The notes under the pieces: generated by a model | Databases searched by the model: none | What the model saw: the letters and a program-made list of their open reading frames with translations, nothing else | Told to the model about the DNA's origin: nothing | Shown: positions 1-9,716 of the stretch, piece after piece | Position numbering within the stretch: the first letter of the stretch is position 1 | Layout of the letters: each line of letters starts with the position of its first letter | Translations under genes and position numbers: made by a program | Source of the DNA: an uncultured Candidatus Saccharibacteria bacterium | GTDB lineage: Bacteria > Patescibacteriota > Doudnabacteria > UBA920 | Reading direction: 5' to 3' | DNA: 64,000 nt | Assembly (NCBI GenBank): GCA_964650255.1 | Contig: CAZYQT010000001.1 | Span: 39,964-103,963, forward strand

Positions 1-1567
1 TGTTTTCTTCATAACCTTTACCATCTTTGCGCGGCACCTGCGCGGTTCCGGTTTTACCAGCAACATAATAGCCTGGCACTTGAGCCCGCTTACCATGGCC
101 GAGCTCAACCACATTCACCATCATCGCAGCAACCGTACTAGCAGTTTTTACACTAATTGGATTACCGACTTCCTTGGGCTGTGTTTCTTCAACCTTTCCG
201 CCAGTGCTAATCCGTGATTGCACCACAAATGGCCGCATCATTTTTCCACCATTAGCCAAAGCACCGTAAGCTTGAATCATTTGTAATGGCGTCACACTGA
301 TCCCCTGCCCGAAGCTAGCAGTGGCGTAGTTAACATCAATGTTACCGTTCAAATTTTCTAAATCTCCCTTTGCTTCTGCAACTTCAATTTCAGTCTTCTT
401 ACCAAACCCGAACCGCTCAATATATTCCTTAAACGTTTTGTTGCCAATTTGGTTTTTGGCAAAAATCATTCCAGTATTAAGTGACTCTTGCAATGCCTGC
501 GACATGGTTTGCAGTCCATGAGCTTTATGGTCTGAATTTTCAATAGTGTATGTACCAAGCGTCACAGAACCGGTGTCTGTGTAAGTAGTGTCCGGAGAAA
601 TTTTACCCTGATCAATGGCTGCGGCGAGTGTAATAGGTTTAAAAATGGATCCTGGTTCGTACGCCCCCAAAGTTGCTTGGTTGTTATAAATTGATGGATC
701 GTCAACTTTAGCATATTCATTAGGATCAAAGGTTGGATAAGTGGCCATGGCCTGAATCGCACCAGTTTTTGGATCCATTATAATCACACTGCCACTGTCA
801 GCCTGATTGTGTTCAACTGCTTCTTTTAAAACCTTTTCGGCTTTGAACTGTATCGTCTTGTCGATGGTAAGCAAAATTGTATCGCCGTTTTTGGCCGCAA
901 CTTTGTCGCGCTTAGCTCCAAAAATCCAAGCTCCGCTTGCTGAGCCTTCTTGAGCCACACTACCCGCTGAGCCGGTTAAATAATTATTAAAGGCTTGTTC
1001 AATTCCATATAAACCAGTTTTGGTTGTACCACTGTCGCCCTTATAGCCCACAAAGCCTAACAACTGGCTTAGAAATGCACTTTCTGGATAGAACCGGATT
1101 GTTTCTGTGTCGAACGCAATCCCAGCCAAGTGAAGATCTTCGATTTTTTTCTTATCTTCATCGGTTAACTGACGCTTAAGTGGGACATACTTCTTGTTGT
1201 TGTCGGAAGTTTTATCTAAAATTTCTTGCTCCGTTAAACCCAAAATTGGTGCCAAAGCTTTTGCAGCACCTTCTCTGTCTGTCATGGAACCCGGGATTGC
1301 ATACACCAAAGGTTTTTCAATAGATGTTGCAACTGTATATGGCTGGCCACTAAATTTATCTGCGATTTGGATTTCACCTCGAGCTGGTTCGATTGTACGC
1401 ACACTCGTTCGCTGACTATCAGCTTGAACTTTGAATTCATTCCCCCGAGCCAATTGCAAATGAGCTAATCTTGCCACAATCGCTGCAAATGACAGAAATA
1501 AAAGAACAGTCATCAAGACCATTCGTTTACGAAACACTTTTTCTAATGAATATCCTCGAGGAGCCAT
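1..1567 (-). CDS. ftsI: Penicillin-binding protein / FtsI-type transpeptidase, 3' end truncated by window edge
   Basis: Minus-strand reading from ATG near 1567 gives MAPRGYSLEKVFRKRMVLMTVLLFLSFAAIVARL (single TM anchor). Further on it gives SIFKP (SxxK) and, near the window start, AGKTGTAQV (KTG) transpeptidase motifs. Position upstream of ftsL-rsmH-mraZ matches dcw order. Absent from the ORF track because it is open at the edge. Confidence 0.8.
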   Translation of the reverse strand, partial: MAPRGYSLEKVFRKRMVLMTVLLFLSFAAIVARLAHLQLARGNEFKVQADSQRTSVRTIEPARGEIQIADKFSGQPYTVATSIEKPLVYAIPGSMTDREGAAKALAPILGLTEQEILDKTSDNNKKYVPLKRQLTDEDKKKIEDLHLAGIAFDTETIRFYPESAFLSQLLGFVGYKGDSGTTKTGLYGIEQAFNNYLTGSAGSVAQEGSASGAWIFGAKRDKVAAKNGDTILLTIDKTIQFKAEKVLKEAVEHNQADSGSVIIMDPKTGAIQAMATYPTFDPNEYAKVDDPSIYNNQATLGAYEPGSIFKPITLAAAIDQGKISPDTTYTDTGSVTLGTYTIENSDHKAHGLQTMSQALQESLNTGMIFAKNQIGNKTFKEYIERFGFGKKTEIEVAEAKGDLENLNGNIDVNYATASFGQGISVTPLQMIQAYGALANGGKMMRPFVVQSRISTGGKVEETQPKEVGNPISVKTASTVAAMMVNVVELGHGKRAQVPGYYVAGKTGTAQVPRKDGKGYEEN

Positions 1568-1590
1568 GTGTTTTGATTCTTTGTGGTGAA

Positions 1591-2016
1591 TTACCGCGCG
1601 CTTAACTGATTAGCTGTTAAAAATTCTTCCCCAGACACTGGGACCATTCCAGAAGTAGCAGCAACATCATTCACTTTAACAATGGAACCAAGCGCTGCTT
1701 GCTGAACGACCAACCGTTTCTGTGTTTCCAGAAGTTCTTCGATTGCAGCCTGCTCCTTCTTTAACTCGTAACCTTTAGAGACGGAAGCATTGATAGTATA
1801 AATATAAAAGCCTAAACCAAGGACAATTAAGGCCAAACCCATTATACTGGTGCGGCTAACCCAAGTTTGAGGCTGAACTCTACTGCGACCTGTCGTAGCT
1901 GCCGCGCTGTAAGCACGACCATAAGCTGAAGTGGTTCGTGGCACAACTTTACTCGTCTTAGTTACAGAAGTAATGCTTGGAATAAAGGTTGATAATGTAA
2001 AGGCTTTGGAAGTCAT
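1591..2016 (-). CDS. ftsL: FtsL-like cell division protein (small bitopic protein with coiled coil)
   Basis: 141 aa with one TM helix (IMGLALIVLGLGFYIYTI) followed by a coiled-coil segment. It lies between rsmH and ftsI as in dcw clusters. Assignment is by synteny plus architecture, not sequence identity. Confidence 0.5.
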   Translation of the reverse strand: MTSKAFTLSTFIPSITSVTKTSKVVPRTTSAYGRAYSAAATTGRSRVQPQTWVSRTSIMGLALIVLGLGFYIYTINASVSKGYELKKEQAAIEELLETQKRLVVQQAALGSIVKVNDVAATSGMVPVSGEEFLTANQLSAR

Positions 2017-2062
2017 TTTTATTTTGATTTTAGATTTAATTTAGAAAATATTTATAAAAGTT

Positions 2063-3028
2063 TTAGAGTTTTCTGATGGCTCGGAGCTTGGCGGATTGAC
2101 TCCGGGAGTTTTTAGTTACCTCGGCTGCGTCCGCGGTTATGGCTTTTTTAGTAAGTAATTCAGCCTGCGGAGTTTGGCCACAAATACATATTGGAAATTC
2201 TTTTGGACAAATACAGCCAGTAGCGGCTTTGGCAAAGAATTCCTTTACCATTCTGTCCTCAAGGGAATGAAACGAAACGATAACCATACTGCCGCCGGGC
2301 TTAACTAGGTCGAGAGCTTTGGGCAAAAATGTTTCCAAATTCTCGAGCTCGTGGTTTACGGCTACCCGCAAAGCTTGGAAAATCCTGCGAGCGCTATCTT
2401 GCCACTTATGCTGCACTGGTTTTGGTAAAGCTTTCTGAATAATTTCTGCCAAATCTGTGGTGTAGTGAAGTGGTTTTTCTTCCCGCGCGCGTACTATGGC
2501 TTTAGCAATTCGGAAACTTTCTTTTTCTTCGCCATAGTCTGTAAATATGCGCGTGAGTTGCGCTTCTGAGTATTCATTGAGCATGAAGCGGGCGTCATCT
2601 TCTTGAGAAGAAAGGTCAAAACGCATATCTAGCGGTTCTTTCTTCTGAAAAGTAATTCCCCTTTCTGCCTGATCAAGCTGGAAACTGGAGAGACCGATAT
2701 CTGCCACAATTCCATCAATAGCATTTAAACCATAGAAGTCTTTGTGGTGCTCGAGCACTTTATCAATTTGAGCAAAGTTACTATGAGCTAATACCAATTG
2801 ATGAGCTTCAATCTCTTTCGCAAAGTTTTGTGAAGCGTTATCAATTGCGGCTTTGTCCATATCAATGGAAAGCACTTTTCCATCTTTACCAACAGCTTTA
2901 AGCAGTTCTGCAGTATATCCCCCACCACCTAAAGTAGCATCAACATAACGCTGCCCAGGCTGAGGATTTAAAAATGTTATCGCTTGTTGTAAAAGTACTG
3001 GGATGTGGGAGTAATCTGCTTGTGGCAT
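2063..3028 (-). CDS. rsmH: 16S rRNA (cytosine1402-N4)-methyltransferase RsmH (MraW)
   Basis: N-terminus HIPVLLQQAITFL...YVDATLGGGGYT is the classic RsmH SAM-binding start. It is 321 aa and lies immediately downstream of mraZ. Confidence 0.9.
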   Translation of the reverse strand: MPQADYSHIPVLLQQAITFLNPQPGQRYVDATLGGGGYTAELLKAVGKDGKVLSIDMDKAAIDNASQNFAKEIEAHQLVLAHSNFAQIDKVLEHHKDFYGLNAIDGIVADIGLSSFQLDQAERGITFQKKEPLDMRFDLSSQEDDARFMLNEYSEAQLTRIFTDYGEEKESFRIAKAIVRAREEKPLHYTTDLAEIIQKALPKPVQHKWQDSARRIFQALRVAVNHELENLETFLPKALDLVKPGGSMVIVSFHSLEDRMVKEFFAKAATGCICPKEFPICICGQTPQAELLTKKAITADAAEVTKNSRSQSAKLRAIRKL

Positions 3029-3029
3029 A

Positions 3030-3464
3030 TTAAACTCCTAAATCCCCGAGTTGCTCAGCAATCTGATTGCTGTTTTTTTCTGTTTGTGTCTTGTACTTAG
3101 CCCAGAGTTCATCACTCCAGATTTCAACGCGATTGTAGAGGCCGGCATAAACCAACTTCTTTTTGATTTTCGCGAATTCTTTCAAGTACCCTGGCAGGAC
3201 AATACGGCCTTGCTTATCGATGTCGCAATCCATTGCTCCTGCAAGCATCAGACGGGAAAAAGCTCTCGTGTTAGCTGTAGAAATCGGGAGACTAGCCAGT
3301 TTCTCAGCGAGCTTTTTCCATTCGTCTAATGTATACAGAACCAAGGAATTATCTAGGCCCCGTGTTACAACGACTTGGTTTTTTGAAATAGCCAAGCGGA
3401 ATTTCTTTGGGATGCTGATGCGCGCCTTGTCATCAATTGTTCCGTTGTATTCACCAATAAACAT
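3030..3464 (-). CDS. mraZ: Transcriptional regulator MraZ
   Basis: MFIGEYNGTIDDKARISIPKKFR matches the MraZ N-terminus. Tandem MraZ half-domains, 144 aa, first gene of the dcw cluster. Confidence 0.9.
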   Translation of the reverse strand: MFIGEYNGTIDDKARISIPKKFRLAISKNQVVVTRGLDNSLVLYTLDEWKKLAEKLASLPISTANTRAFSRLMLAGAMDCDIDKQGRIVLPGYLKEFAKIKKKLVYAGLYNRVEIWSDELWAKYKTQTEKNSNQIAEQLGDLGV

Positions 3465-3515
3465 TACTATTTCCTAGTATTTCTTAAAGATTAGAATCCT
3501 GCAGTAGTAGCTTAT

Positions 3516-3562
3516 CCACTTGTCCACCCACTTATCCCCACTTCATACCACTTCTTGCCACT
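3516..3562 (-). promoter_or_regulatory. Putative MraZ operator: five direct repeats of (A)AGTGG (plus strand CCACT) at 10-bp phasing between a TATAAT -10 element (~3571-3577, minus sense) and the mraZ start
   Basis: CCACT occurs at 3516, 3528, 3538, 3548 and 3558 (spacing 12, 10, 10, 10). Minus sense reads GTGG-type MraZ boxes as described for MraZ autoregulation in other bacteria. Lies in the 5' leader of mraZ. Confidence 0.5.
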
Positions 3563-3625
3563 ACTCAGTAATTATATCCCACTATACCCCATGAAGCAAT
3601 GCGAAGTGAAACACTGACAAACAAA

Positions 3626-3651
3626 AAAACCCTTTTGTTTGAAAGGGTTTT
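3626..3651 (-). terminator. Rho-independent terminator hairpin (AAAACCCTTTT / AAAGGGTTTT) with flanking A/T runs, downstream of the SpoU-family gene
   Basis: A 10-bp stem with a short loop, followed on the minus strand by a T-tract. It sits between the 3741..4217 gene stop and the mraZ promoter region. Confidence 0.5.
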
Positions 3652-3740
3652 CGCATGTGGAACAGAAGTGGGATGAGTTATCCCCGAATCACCTATTTTC
3701 TAGTTAAGTGTTGTTAAGTTAAGTGAATTAATCATCTATA

Positions 3741-4217
3741 TTAATTTCTAAGGCCATACAAAGCTATGCCACACGCCACGGAAACATTCAAGCTTTCCTT
3801 TTTGCCTTGCATGGGAATCTCAATGATATCATCAACTAATTCTAAAGTTTTCTTAGTGTGACCTTTGGTTTCTTCGCCTAAAATTAAAACCATGGGAAAT
3901 TTTGCTTTGTAGTTCCTAAGTGATGTGATTTTGTAATTCACATTATTTTCCAAAGCAACGATTCGCACTTTATCCTTGCGCAGCTTATTGATAAGCCTAG
4001 TTAACGACTTCGCCTGCTCCCAAGGCACAAACTCCTGGGCACCCAAAGCTACCTTGGCGATTTTATTAGCATTGTTCCCTATCGGTGCGCCAGTGTAGCC
4101 AGTTAAATATAATTTATCCACCCCAAAAGTGTCGCAAGCGCGAAAAATTGATCCAACATTGTAGAGCGACCGAATGTTGTGAGCAATAACGAAAAGATGT
4201 TTATTCTTGGTCGACAT
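3741..4217 (-). CDS. SpoU/TrmH-family RNA 2'-O-methyltransferase
   Basis: 158 aa. FVIAHNIRSLYNVGSIFRACDTFGV and LILGEETKGHTKKTLELVD...VSVACGIALY match the SPOUT-fold TrmH/SpoU motifs. Confidence 0.7.
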   Translation of the reverse strand: MSTKNKHLFVIAHNIRSLYNVGSIFRACDTFGVDKLYLTGYTGAPIGNNANKIAKVALGAQEFVPWEQAKSLTRLINKLRKDKVRIVALENNVNYKITSLRNYKAKFPMVLILGEETKGHTKKTLELVDDIIEIPMQGKKESLNVSVACGIALYGLRN

Positions 4218-5085
4218 CCATCATCTTTCTTAACGCTGGCTCAAGCATTACTAAATGACTGGCCCCAAAAACAATATAAATTTTATTATGAGTTTTCAAA
4301 GCCTCTTCAATTTCATGAATAATATGACGGTCTCTCGCCAAATTTCTAAGCTGCGCAGCTGCTCTTAACCCATTCCACTGCTGATCTGGCCATGGAATTG
4401 GGTCTGCACACTGTTTTATGGTTTCTTTATCTTCTAGATCAAACTCCTTGCCAGTGCTCTCCTTCAAAATCCGCTTAAAATTATCCATGGAAAAATCGAA
4501 ACCTTCCCACCCAAATTCAATTTTTACTCTTTCTAGCCACCCGCTAATATATTCATCAAAGGACGGTTTATCTGTCAGCCAATTATACTGATGAATAAGT
4601 GTTGCGATTTCCTCAGCAAAAATCTGTTCTTTGGTGGCACCGCGCTCCAAGGCATAGTTATTCAGATCCGCGCGACTAGGCTCGGGAGATTGTACCTCAA
4701 TACCACTTTCAATGGCTAAAGAAGCTAAATAAGCATTTTCACCATGCCTTTTTAAAATGTCTTCAGCAGATACAGTGGCATTTGTCCGGTGCGCTTCTTT
4801 TTCTTCATCAGATATAGTATTAATAGCTTCAAGGCCTTCAATCAAAATCAGATCAGGGTGTAAATTTTTAACATCCTCGGCAATGACTTTAAAAGCCGGG
4901 TTATCGGGGTTTGAAAAATGGCCTGACCCATACGCAATTAGTGCCTTACCATCTTTTGCTAACTCATACCGGTGAGGCAATTTACGGTTGGTTAAGTCAG
5001 CATATTCCTGAGCAGTCATGATGTCATCAGCAAAATCATGACTAACTCTAAAATCCGCCCCAGAAATTTCTCTATTTTTTTCCAT
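4201..5085 (-). CDS. Hypothetical protein, possibly TraB/GumN (TIKI-domain) family
   Basis: ALIAYGSGHFSNPDNPAFKVIAEDVKNLHPDLILIEG near the N-terminus and YIVFGASHLVMLEP near the C-terminus resemble the GxxH...GxxH signature of TraB/GumN proteins. Weak, from memory only. Confidence 0.35.
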   Translation of the reverse strand: MEKNREISGADFRVSHDFADDIMTAQEYADLTNRKLPHRYELAKDGKALIAYGSGHFSNPDNPAFKVIAEDVKNLHPDLILIEGLEAINTISDEEKEAHRTNATVSAEDILKRHGENAYLASLAIESGIEVQSPEPSRADLNNYALERGATKEQIFAEEIATLIHQYNWLTDKPSFDEYISGWLERVKIEFGWEGFDFSMDNFKRILKESTGKEFDLEDKETIKQCADPIPWPDQQWNGLRAAAQLRNLARDRHIIHEIEEALKTHNKIYIVFGASHLVMLEPALRKMMDVDQE

Positions 5086-5623
5086 ATTTGCTCCTTTGAT
5101 AAATCACTAATCCAATATACACCAAAACCAGCAAGCTGTAATTAATGGCCATGTATACCGGATGAGCCCAGGATACACCGTGCGTGAAGCGCGCATCTGA
5201 CAATGGGAACAAGAAAGGTGTGTCGTAAAATCCCTTGTGCGATGGGATATCGATAAAAATATGCAGTACCCAACCTAGTAACGGCCAAAACACCCACCAA
5301 TTAAATTGCTTGGTTTTGGAGTACCTATAAATCATTCCAATTACAGCAACGAGCAAAAATACTGCAGCAAAAATTACCAAGCTATGAGTGTAATTATAGG
5401 CGTGTTCTGCAAAGGCAACAGTCCAATTTTTAACTGGAATGTTTTTTGGAAACCTATCAGTAAAAATCTTCCCTGTAAAAATTAAATACACGAATAACGG
5501 TGTAAAGCCCACCAGATCTGGTGCTACGCCAAAAAATGCGGCTAAGTACCGCATTTTTCTTTTTGAATGATACTTAGCGTGAAAGACTGCGTTTGTCCAC
5601 AGTGTATGGGCCAGTACGTCCAT
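5072..5623 (-). CDS. Membrane-bound metal-dependent hydrolase-like protein (YdjM/DUF457-like)
   Basis: N-terminal MDVLAHTLW start typical of the YdjM family. Multiple TM helices, 183 aa. Confidence 0.45.
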   Translation of the reverse strand: MDVLAHTLWTNAVFHAKYHSKRKMRYLAAFFGVAPDLVGFTPLFVYLIFTGKIFTDRFPKNIPVKNWTVAFAEHAYNYTHSLVIFAAVFLLVAVIGMIYRYSKTKQFNWWVFWPLLGWVLHIFIDIPSHKGFYDTPFLFPLSDARFTHGVSWAHPVYMAINYSLLVLVYIGLVIYQRSKYGKK

Positions 5624-5628
5624 GCAGA

Positions 5629-6015
5629 TTAGTTACTTGGCTTTGGGTCACGAGCCAAGACTTCTTTTACTTTAGCAATTATCTGGTCGATGGTCTGCTC
5701 GCTCTTCAATAAATAATCCATAATTCCAGCTTCCATGATTTTGCTTACTGTATCTGGGTCGGAAAGATTAGTTAACATTACTACGGGAATTTTTGCGAGT
5801 TCTGGGTCAGCCTTCATTTCCCAAGCCACTCCAAAGCCATCTAGTTTTGGCATCATAATATCCAACAGAACCAAGTCTGGCTTTATCTCCCGCATCTTGG
5901 CCATGGCTTCTTCGCCATCGTAAGCTGGGGTTGCTTCGAATCCAGCCCCATTGAAACCTTCAATTAGAGCAGCGGAAATTAACTTGTCATCTTCAGCGCA
6001 AATGATTTTTGTCAT
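5629..6015 (-). CDS. Stand-alone response regulator receiver (CheY-like, no output domain)
   Basis: MTKIICAEDD...LVLLDIMMPKLDGF...VVMLTNLSD...DYLLK carries the REC domain Asp pocket and Lys. The ORF-track start at 6066 is probably an upstream alternative start. ATG at 6015 preferred. Confidence 0.8.
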   Translation of the reverse strand: MTKIICAEDDKLISAALIEGFNGAGFEATPAYDGEEAMAKMREIKPDLVLLDIMMPKLDGFGVAWEMKADPELAKIPVVMLTNLSDPDTVSKIMEAGIMDYLLKSEQTIDQIIAKVKEVLARDPKPSN

Positions 6016-6043
6016 ATTGATATTATAAGCTTTTTTGGAAAAG

Positions 6044-6541
6044 TTATCCACCCTTAGCGGAATCACTTTTAACCTTGTTCAAGACCAATTCAATAAGATC
6101 GGGGTGAAGAAATTCTAATTTCACCTTGCGGTCAGACATAAAATCTTTTAACCATTGGTGGCGAACGACTTCGTCAGCATAAAATTTTATCGCATTATCT
6201 ATCTGCTGTCTCTTTAAACCATATTTCTCCTGAATAGTACCTCTTGCCATCCACCCCTTGGGAGCTGGCTCTGCAGCAGTACTTTTCTTTTCTATTGCTT
6301 TCACTAAATCTGGGTGGAAATACTCCGCTTCATTACCTTTGGGTTTAAAGAATTTTTTAAACTTACCTGCATAGAATTTATTGTTCCTGTATTTTTTTAA
6401 CTCCGTCAGGATAAAACTCCTACCAACATCAAAATTTTTTTCCATTTCGGAAATAGATAACCACCCTTCAGGTATTGTACTCTTCGATTGAATGTCCGCA
6501 ATAATTTTTTCTACCAAAGCTGGGGCAAAAAACTCTGACAA
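6044..6541 (-). CDS. Repeat protein with ~60-aa P(E/K)GW...HTH-like...(Y/F)FHPDL(V/I) units (short paralog, TTG start in ORF track)
   Basis: Contains PEGWLSISEMEKNF...EYFHPDLVKAIEK and PKGWMARGTIQEKYGL...EFLHPDLIELV. It uses the same repeat unit as the upstream 508-aa ORF. The ORF overlaps 6511..8037 and begins at a TTG just after a T6 run. Confidence 0.5.
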   Translation of the reverse strand: MSEFFAPALVEKIIADIQSKSTIPEGWLSISEMEKNFDVGRSFILTELKKYRNNKFYAGKFKKFFKPKGNEAEYFHPDLVKAIEKKSTAAEPAPKGWMARGTIQEKYGLKRQQIDNAIKFYADEVVRHQWLKDFMSDRKVKLEFLHPDLIELVLNKVKSDSAKGG

Positions 6542-8037
6542 AAATTATTAGTGTTGGCGTAATTTTTAAAATACTCCGGATTTGTTGATCTATACTTATT
6601 AGCTATTGCTTGAAGGGCGCTTTCTCTACCTTTAAACTGCTTGGCCAAATCTGCTCGACTCTTCCACCCCTCTGGGGGCCTTTCATAAGAATTTACTTCT
6701 GCAATAATTTTCGCTACTAAATCAGGATGATAATAGTCATGGGTTTGATTGTTTTTCCCGTAATAATTTTGAATCCACTCTGGATTGTCTGAGGCCAATC
6801 TTTTGGCCATATTCCGGAACCTTTCATGATTCTGAATATCAAGCTGATCAGCTAATTGGGAAACAGTCCTCCACCCCTCCGGAGCATATTTACGGTTTTT
6901 GTGTTGATTAATTAATGTCTTAACTAAATCTGGATGCAAAAATTCTTCCACCCTTTTAATCTTTGGAATCAGATAATCATTAAACCACTCAGGATTATTT
7001 TCGCGATAAGGCTTAACAATTTTTTCTACAGTATGCAGTGCCATCCCTGTTTCTGACTGGATTCCTGTTTTAGTCACCCAACCTTTAGGCGCTTCTTCAA
7101 TTGGTAATAATCTCTCAACTAATTTAGCTACAAAATCAGGATGGAAATACTCAAATGCCCTACTATTGGTAGGATTTTTAAAAGTCTTTATCCAATCATC
7201 TGAAATACCTTCAGCCTTAAACTTCCCAATTAGTTTGCTAACCGTCCAAGAGGTCACTCCTGCCCTATCAGCAATACTAGCCGTAGTGAGCCAATCTGGG
7301 GGAGCAAACTCCAAATTTTGGTTCTCAATTGGTTTTTGCTCTACCGGTTTGACAATTGGTGATTTCAATTGCAGGGCATCCTTAACCATTTCTTTCCATT
7401 GAGGTATATCTCTAAATCTTATCTTCTTAACATTGTTTTCTGGAAAACTGCTTAATTCAGATTTTGTTAAATTGATAAACTCAGAGTATTCCTGACCATC
7501 CTTTAAATAAATAATATATGTAGCATTCTCTGCTTCGTCGTTAACAAATACCGCTTTTCTAATATCAGTTATGTTATAGATATTGTAACCATTCGCTCGA
7601 ACCATATTTGGACTTAACACACCTTCTATAAGCTCATAATCTAAATCTAACTCAGAAAGCAATTCAACCAAAGTGCCATTCCTTGGCCAAAGTGCTTTCT
7701 TTTCGAACCCTGCACCAGCACCAGTTTTAAGCTCGCCCTCTCCCGAAGGTAAAATTACCTTATCAAGCTTAATAACCTTAGATGGTAACTTTAAAAAATT
7801 ACCACTTTCAATTTGGTAATCCATAAAGGCCTTAACATCAAAATGTTTAATTGAATCTCTTTGCTTATTTCTAGAGCCACCAACGCCATAAAAAGCCTCA
7901 GCGCCTAAGGCTTCAACCACATCTTCTAGGGATGTACCATTATCTAACAGCTCTCTTATTTGGGAGCTGACACGTTCTTTGTAGCTAGCCTTACGAGATT
8001 CCTGTGCTAAAAATTCTGAACTCAGGTGTTCTGACAT
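6511..8037 (-). CDS. Repeat protein with four tandem ~60-aa units (xPxGW + helix-turn-helix-like segment + NPEW + (Y/F)(F/Y)HPDLV)
   Basis: Units start at APPDWLTTASIADRAGVTSWTVSKLI, APKGWVTKTGIQSETGMALHTVEKIV, APEGWRTVSQLADQLDIQNHERF and PPEGWKSRADLAKQFKGRESALQAI. Each is followed by NPEW/NPEY and FHPD(L/F)V. No known family recognised. Confidence 0.55.
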   Translation of the reverse strand: MSEHLSSEFLAQESRKASYKERVSSQIRELLDNGTSLEDVVEALGAEAFYGVGGSRNKQRDSIKHFDVKAFMDYQIESGNFLKLPSKVIKLDKVILPSGEGELKTGAGAGFEKKALWPRNGTLVELLSELDLDYELIEGVLSPNMVRANGYNIYNITDIRKAVFVNDEAENATYIIYLKDGQEYSEFINLTKSELSSFPENNVKKIRFRDIPQWKEMVKDALQLKSPIVKPVEQKPIENQNLEFAPPDWLTTASIADRAGVTSWTVSKLIGKFKAEGISDDWIKTFKNPTNSRAFEYFHPDFVAKLVERLLPIEEAPKGWVTKTGIQSETGMALHTVEKIVKPYRENNPEWFNDYLIPKIKRVEEFLHPDLVKTLINQHKNRKYAPEGWRTVSQLADQLDIQNHERFRNMAKRLASDNPEWIQNYYGKNNQTHDYYHPDLVAKIIAEVNSYERPPEGWKSRADLAKQFKGRESALQAIANKYRSTNPEYFKNYANTNNFCQSFLPQLW

Positions 8038-8048
8038 GGCATAGTATG

Positions 8049-9716
8049 TTAAACAAGCGGCAAACTAAAGCTGAAAGTTGAGCCCATATTTTCCCCAGCG
8101 CTTTCAGCCCAAATTTCGCCGCCGTGCGCTTCCACAATCCCCTTACTTACCACCAAACCCAGCCCTGTCCCCTTGCGAGTGGAGTCAAAACTCTTTAATT
8201 GTTTAAATTTAGAAAACAGCACACTCAAGTCTTCGCGACTCACGCCAATCCCAGAATCTTTAATTGTAATAACTGCCCGATTAGCTTTGGTTTCTACACT
8301 TAAATTAATTTCGACTTTGCCGCTATCCGTATATTTAATAGCATTGCTAAGCAAATTATTCATTACCTGCGAAATGCGAACTTTGTCGAAAGATAGCATT
8401 TGTTTTTCTGGACCAATATAGTTCAAAGCCAAGTGTTTGGCCTCTGCTTGCGGTTGATAGGTCTGCAGCTCATCTTTAATGCAGGCTACTATGTCGTTTT
8501 GCTGAGAGTTGATATCAAACTTGCCGGCTTCAATTTTGGCAACATCGAGTAAGTCATTCACCAGTTCCAGCATGTTTGTGGCAGCATCATCAATATGAGC
8601 AATACTCTCTTTTATTTTTGCTGGATCGGTCTGCGCTTTGGCATCGGCTAAACCTTTCATGAGTGACTCGCTAGACCAGCGCACGGCAGTAAGCGGCGCG
8701 CGCAGCTCATGCACCATCATTGCCGTGAATTCCTGGCGGAGCTTTTCCAAAGACTTTTCACTGGTGACATCGTGCAAAATTACCGCCACACCGCGGTGCA
8801 CACCGGTCTTGTCGCGCACTGGGGTTAAGGTAATATCCATCACCTTGTCGTGCAAATATACCTCAGCGATTGTTACGGGCATATTTTTTGCCAAGGCTTC
8901 ATCAATTTTAATGCGCAAATCCACCTTGCCAGCCAAAGCATCCATAATATCAAAGGTGGTCACATTTTTGTTCACTGGCAATTGCAACATGTCCACAACC
9001 GCCGGGTTGGAAATTACCAACTGATACTCCAAATCCACCATAAACACGCCGTCTGTCATTGCCGCAATAATGCCGGAAAGTTTGCCTTTTTCGTTCTCGA
9101 GCACGGCTTGCAGCTGAGATACTGCGAACGCCGCCTGATTAGTAATCGTATAAACTACACCAGCTTGATCTTTGCCAAACTGATTCGGGGTAGATGAGGA
9201 AATGTTAATCATTCCCAGCAGTTGTCCTTCGATAATGACAGGAATATTTAGAAAAGATTCCACGGATGTGCTAAGGCTGTCATCTAAAATTGCACCGCTC
9301 ATGCGTTCATCAATTTTTTCTAAAGACACCTCCTGATTACAAAGCGTGGCAGTAGCGGCTTGCATTTTTTCTTTGACCTGAGAGATGAACGCGTGATTTA
9401 CGCTGTGGTGGACGTGGCATTTAAAAACGATGTTTTTCGGATCAGCATAAAGCATGAACGACACGGTTTCATAATGCAACAAATAACCAATGCTGCCGGT
9501 AACAATTTCAATAATCTTACTAGTGTCGAGCGTGTAACCAAGGCGTTCGTTAATTTCTTGAAGCACCTGAATCTGGTACATGCGTTGCTGAAGCTCTCTG
9601 GACCTAGAACTAACCCCTTCGACTACGGCACGTTCTTGGCTACGTTTGCGAAAATAAAAACCCGCTACCACGCCAAGTAAAAGAAAATCTGCAATGAGTA
9701 AAATTACTATGGTCAT
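8049..9716 (-). CDS. Sensor histidine kinase (N-terminal TM, GAF/PAS-like sensory region, HisKA + HATPase_c)
   Basis: H-box MMVHELRAPLTAV. N-box NLLSNAIKYT. G-boxes DSGIGVS and GTGLGLVVSKGIVEAHGG. N-terminal TM helix. Confidence 0.85.
   Translation of the reverse strand: MTIVILLIADFLLLGVVAGFYFRKRSQERAVVEGVSSRSRELQQRMYQIQVLQEINERLGYTLDTSKIIEIVTGSIGYLLHYETVSFMLYADPKNIVFKCHVHHSVNHAFISQVKEKMQAATATLCNQEVSLEKIDERMSGAILDDSLSTSVESFLNIPVIIEGQLLGMINISSSTPNQFGKDQAGVVYTITNQAAFAVSQLQAVLENEKGKLSGIIAAMTDGVFMVDLEYQLVISNPAVVDMLQLPVNKNVTTFDIMDALAGKVDLRIKIDEALAKNMPVTIAEVYLHDKVMDITLTPVRDKTGVHRGVAVILHDVTSEKSLEKLRQEFTAMMVHELRAPLTAVRWSSESLMKGLADAKAQTDPAKIKESIAHIDDAATNMLELVNDLLDVAKIEAGKFDINSQQNDIVACIKDELQTYQPQAEAKHLALNYIGPEKQMLSFDKVRISQVMNNLLSNAIKYTDSGKVEINLSVETKANRAVITIKDSGIGVSREDLSVLFSKFKQLKSFDSTRKGTGLGLVVSKGIVEAHGGEIWAESAGENMGSTFSFSLPLV

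Noticed and set aside
3051-3477. Plus-strand ORFs 3051..3329 and 3163..3477 antisense to mraZ
   Set aside because: They are fully contained in a confidently identified mraZ on the other strand. Similar antisense ORFs (for example 8173..9680 in the kinase, 26524..27599 in recJ, 23749..24363 in mreB, 33589..33948 in gap) are treated as spurious.
3512-3520. DnaA box (TTATCCACT) suggesting oriC
   Set aside because: It is a single 8/9 match embedded in the phased CCACT array upstream of mraZ. There is no cluster of DnaA boxes and no dnaA/dnaN nearby.
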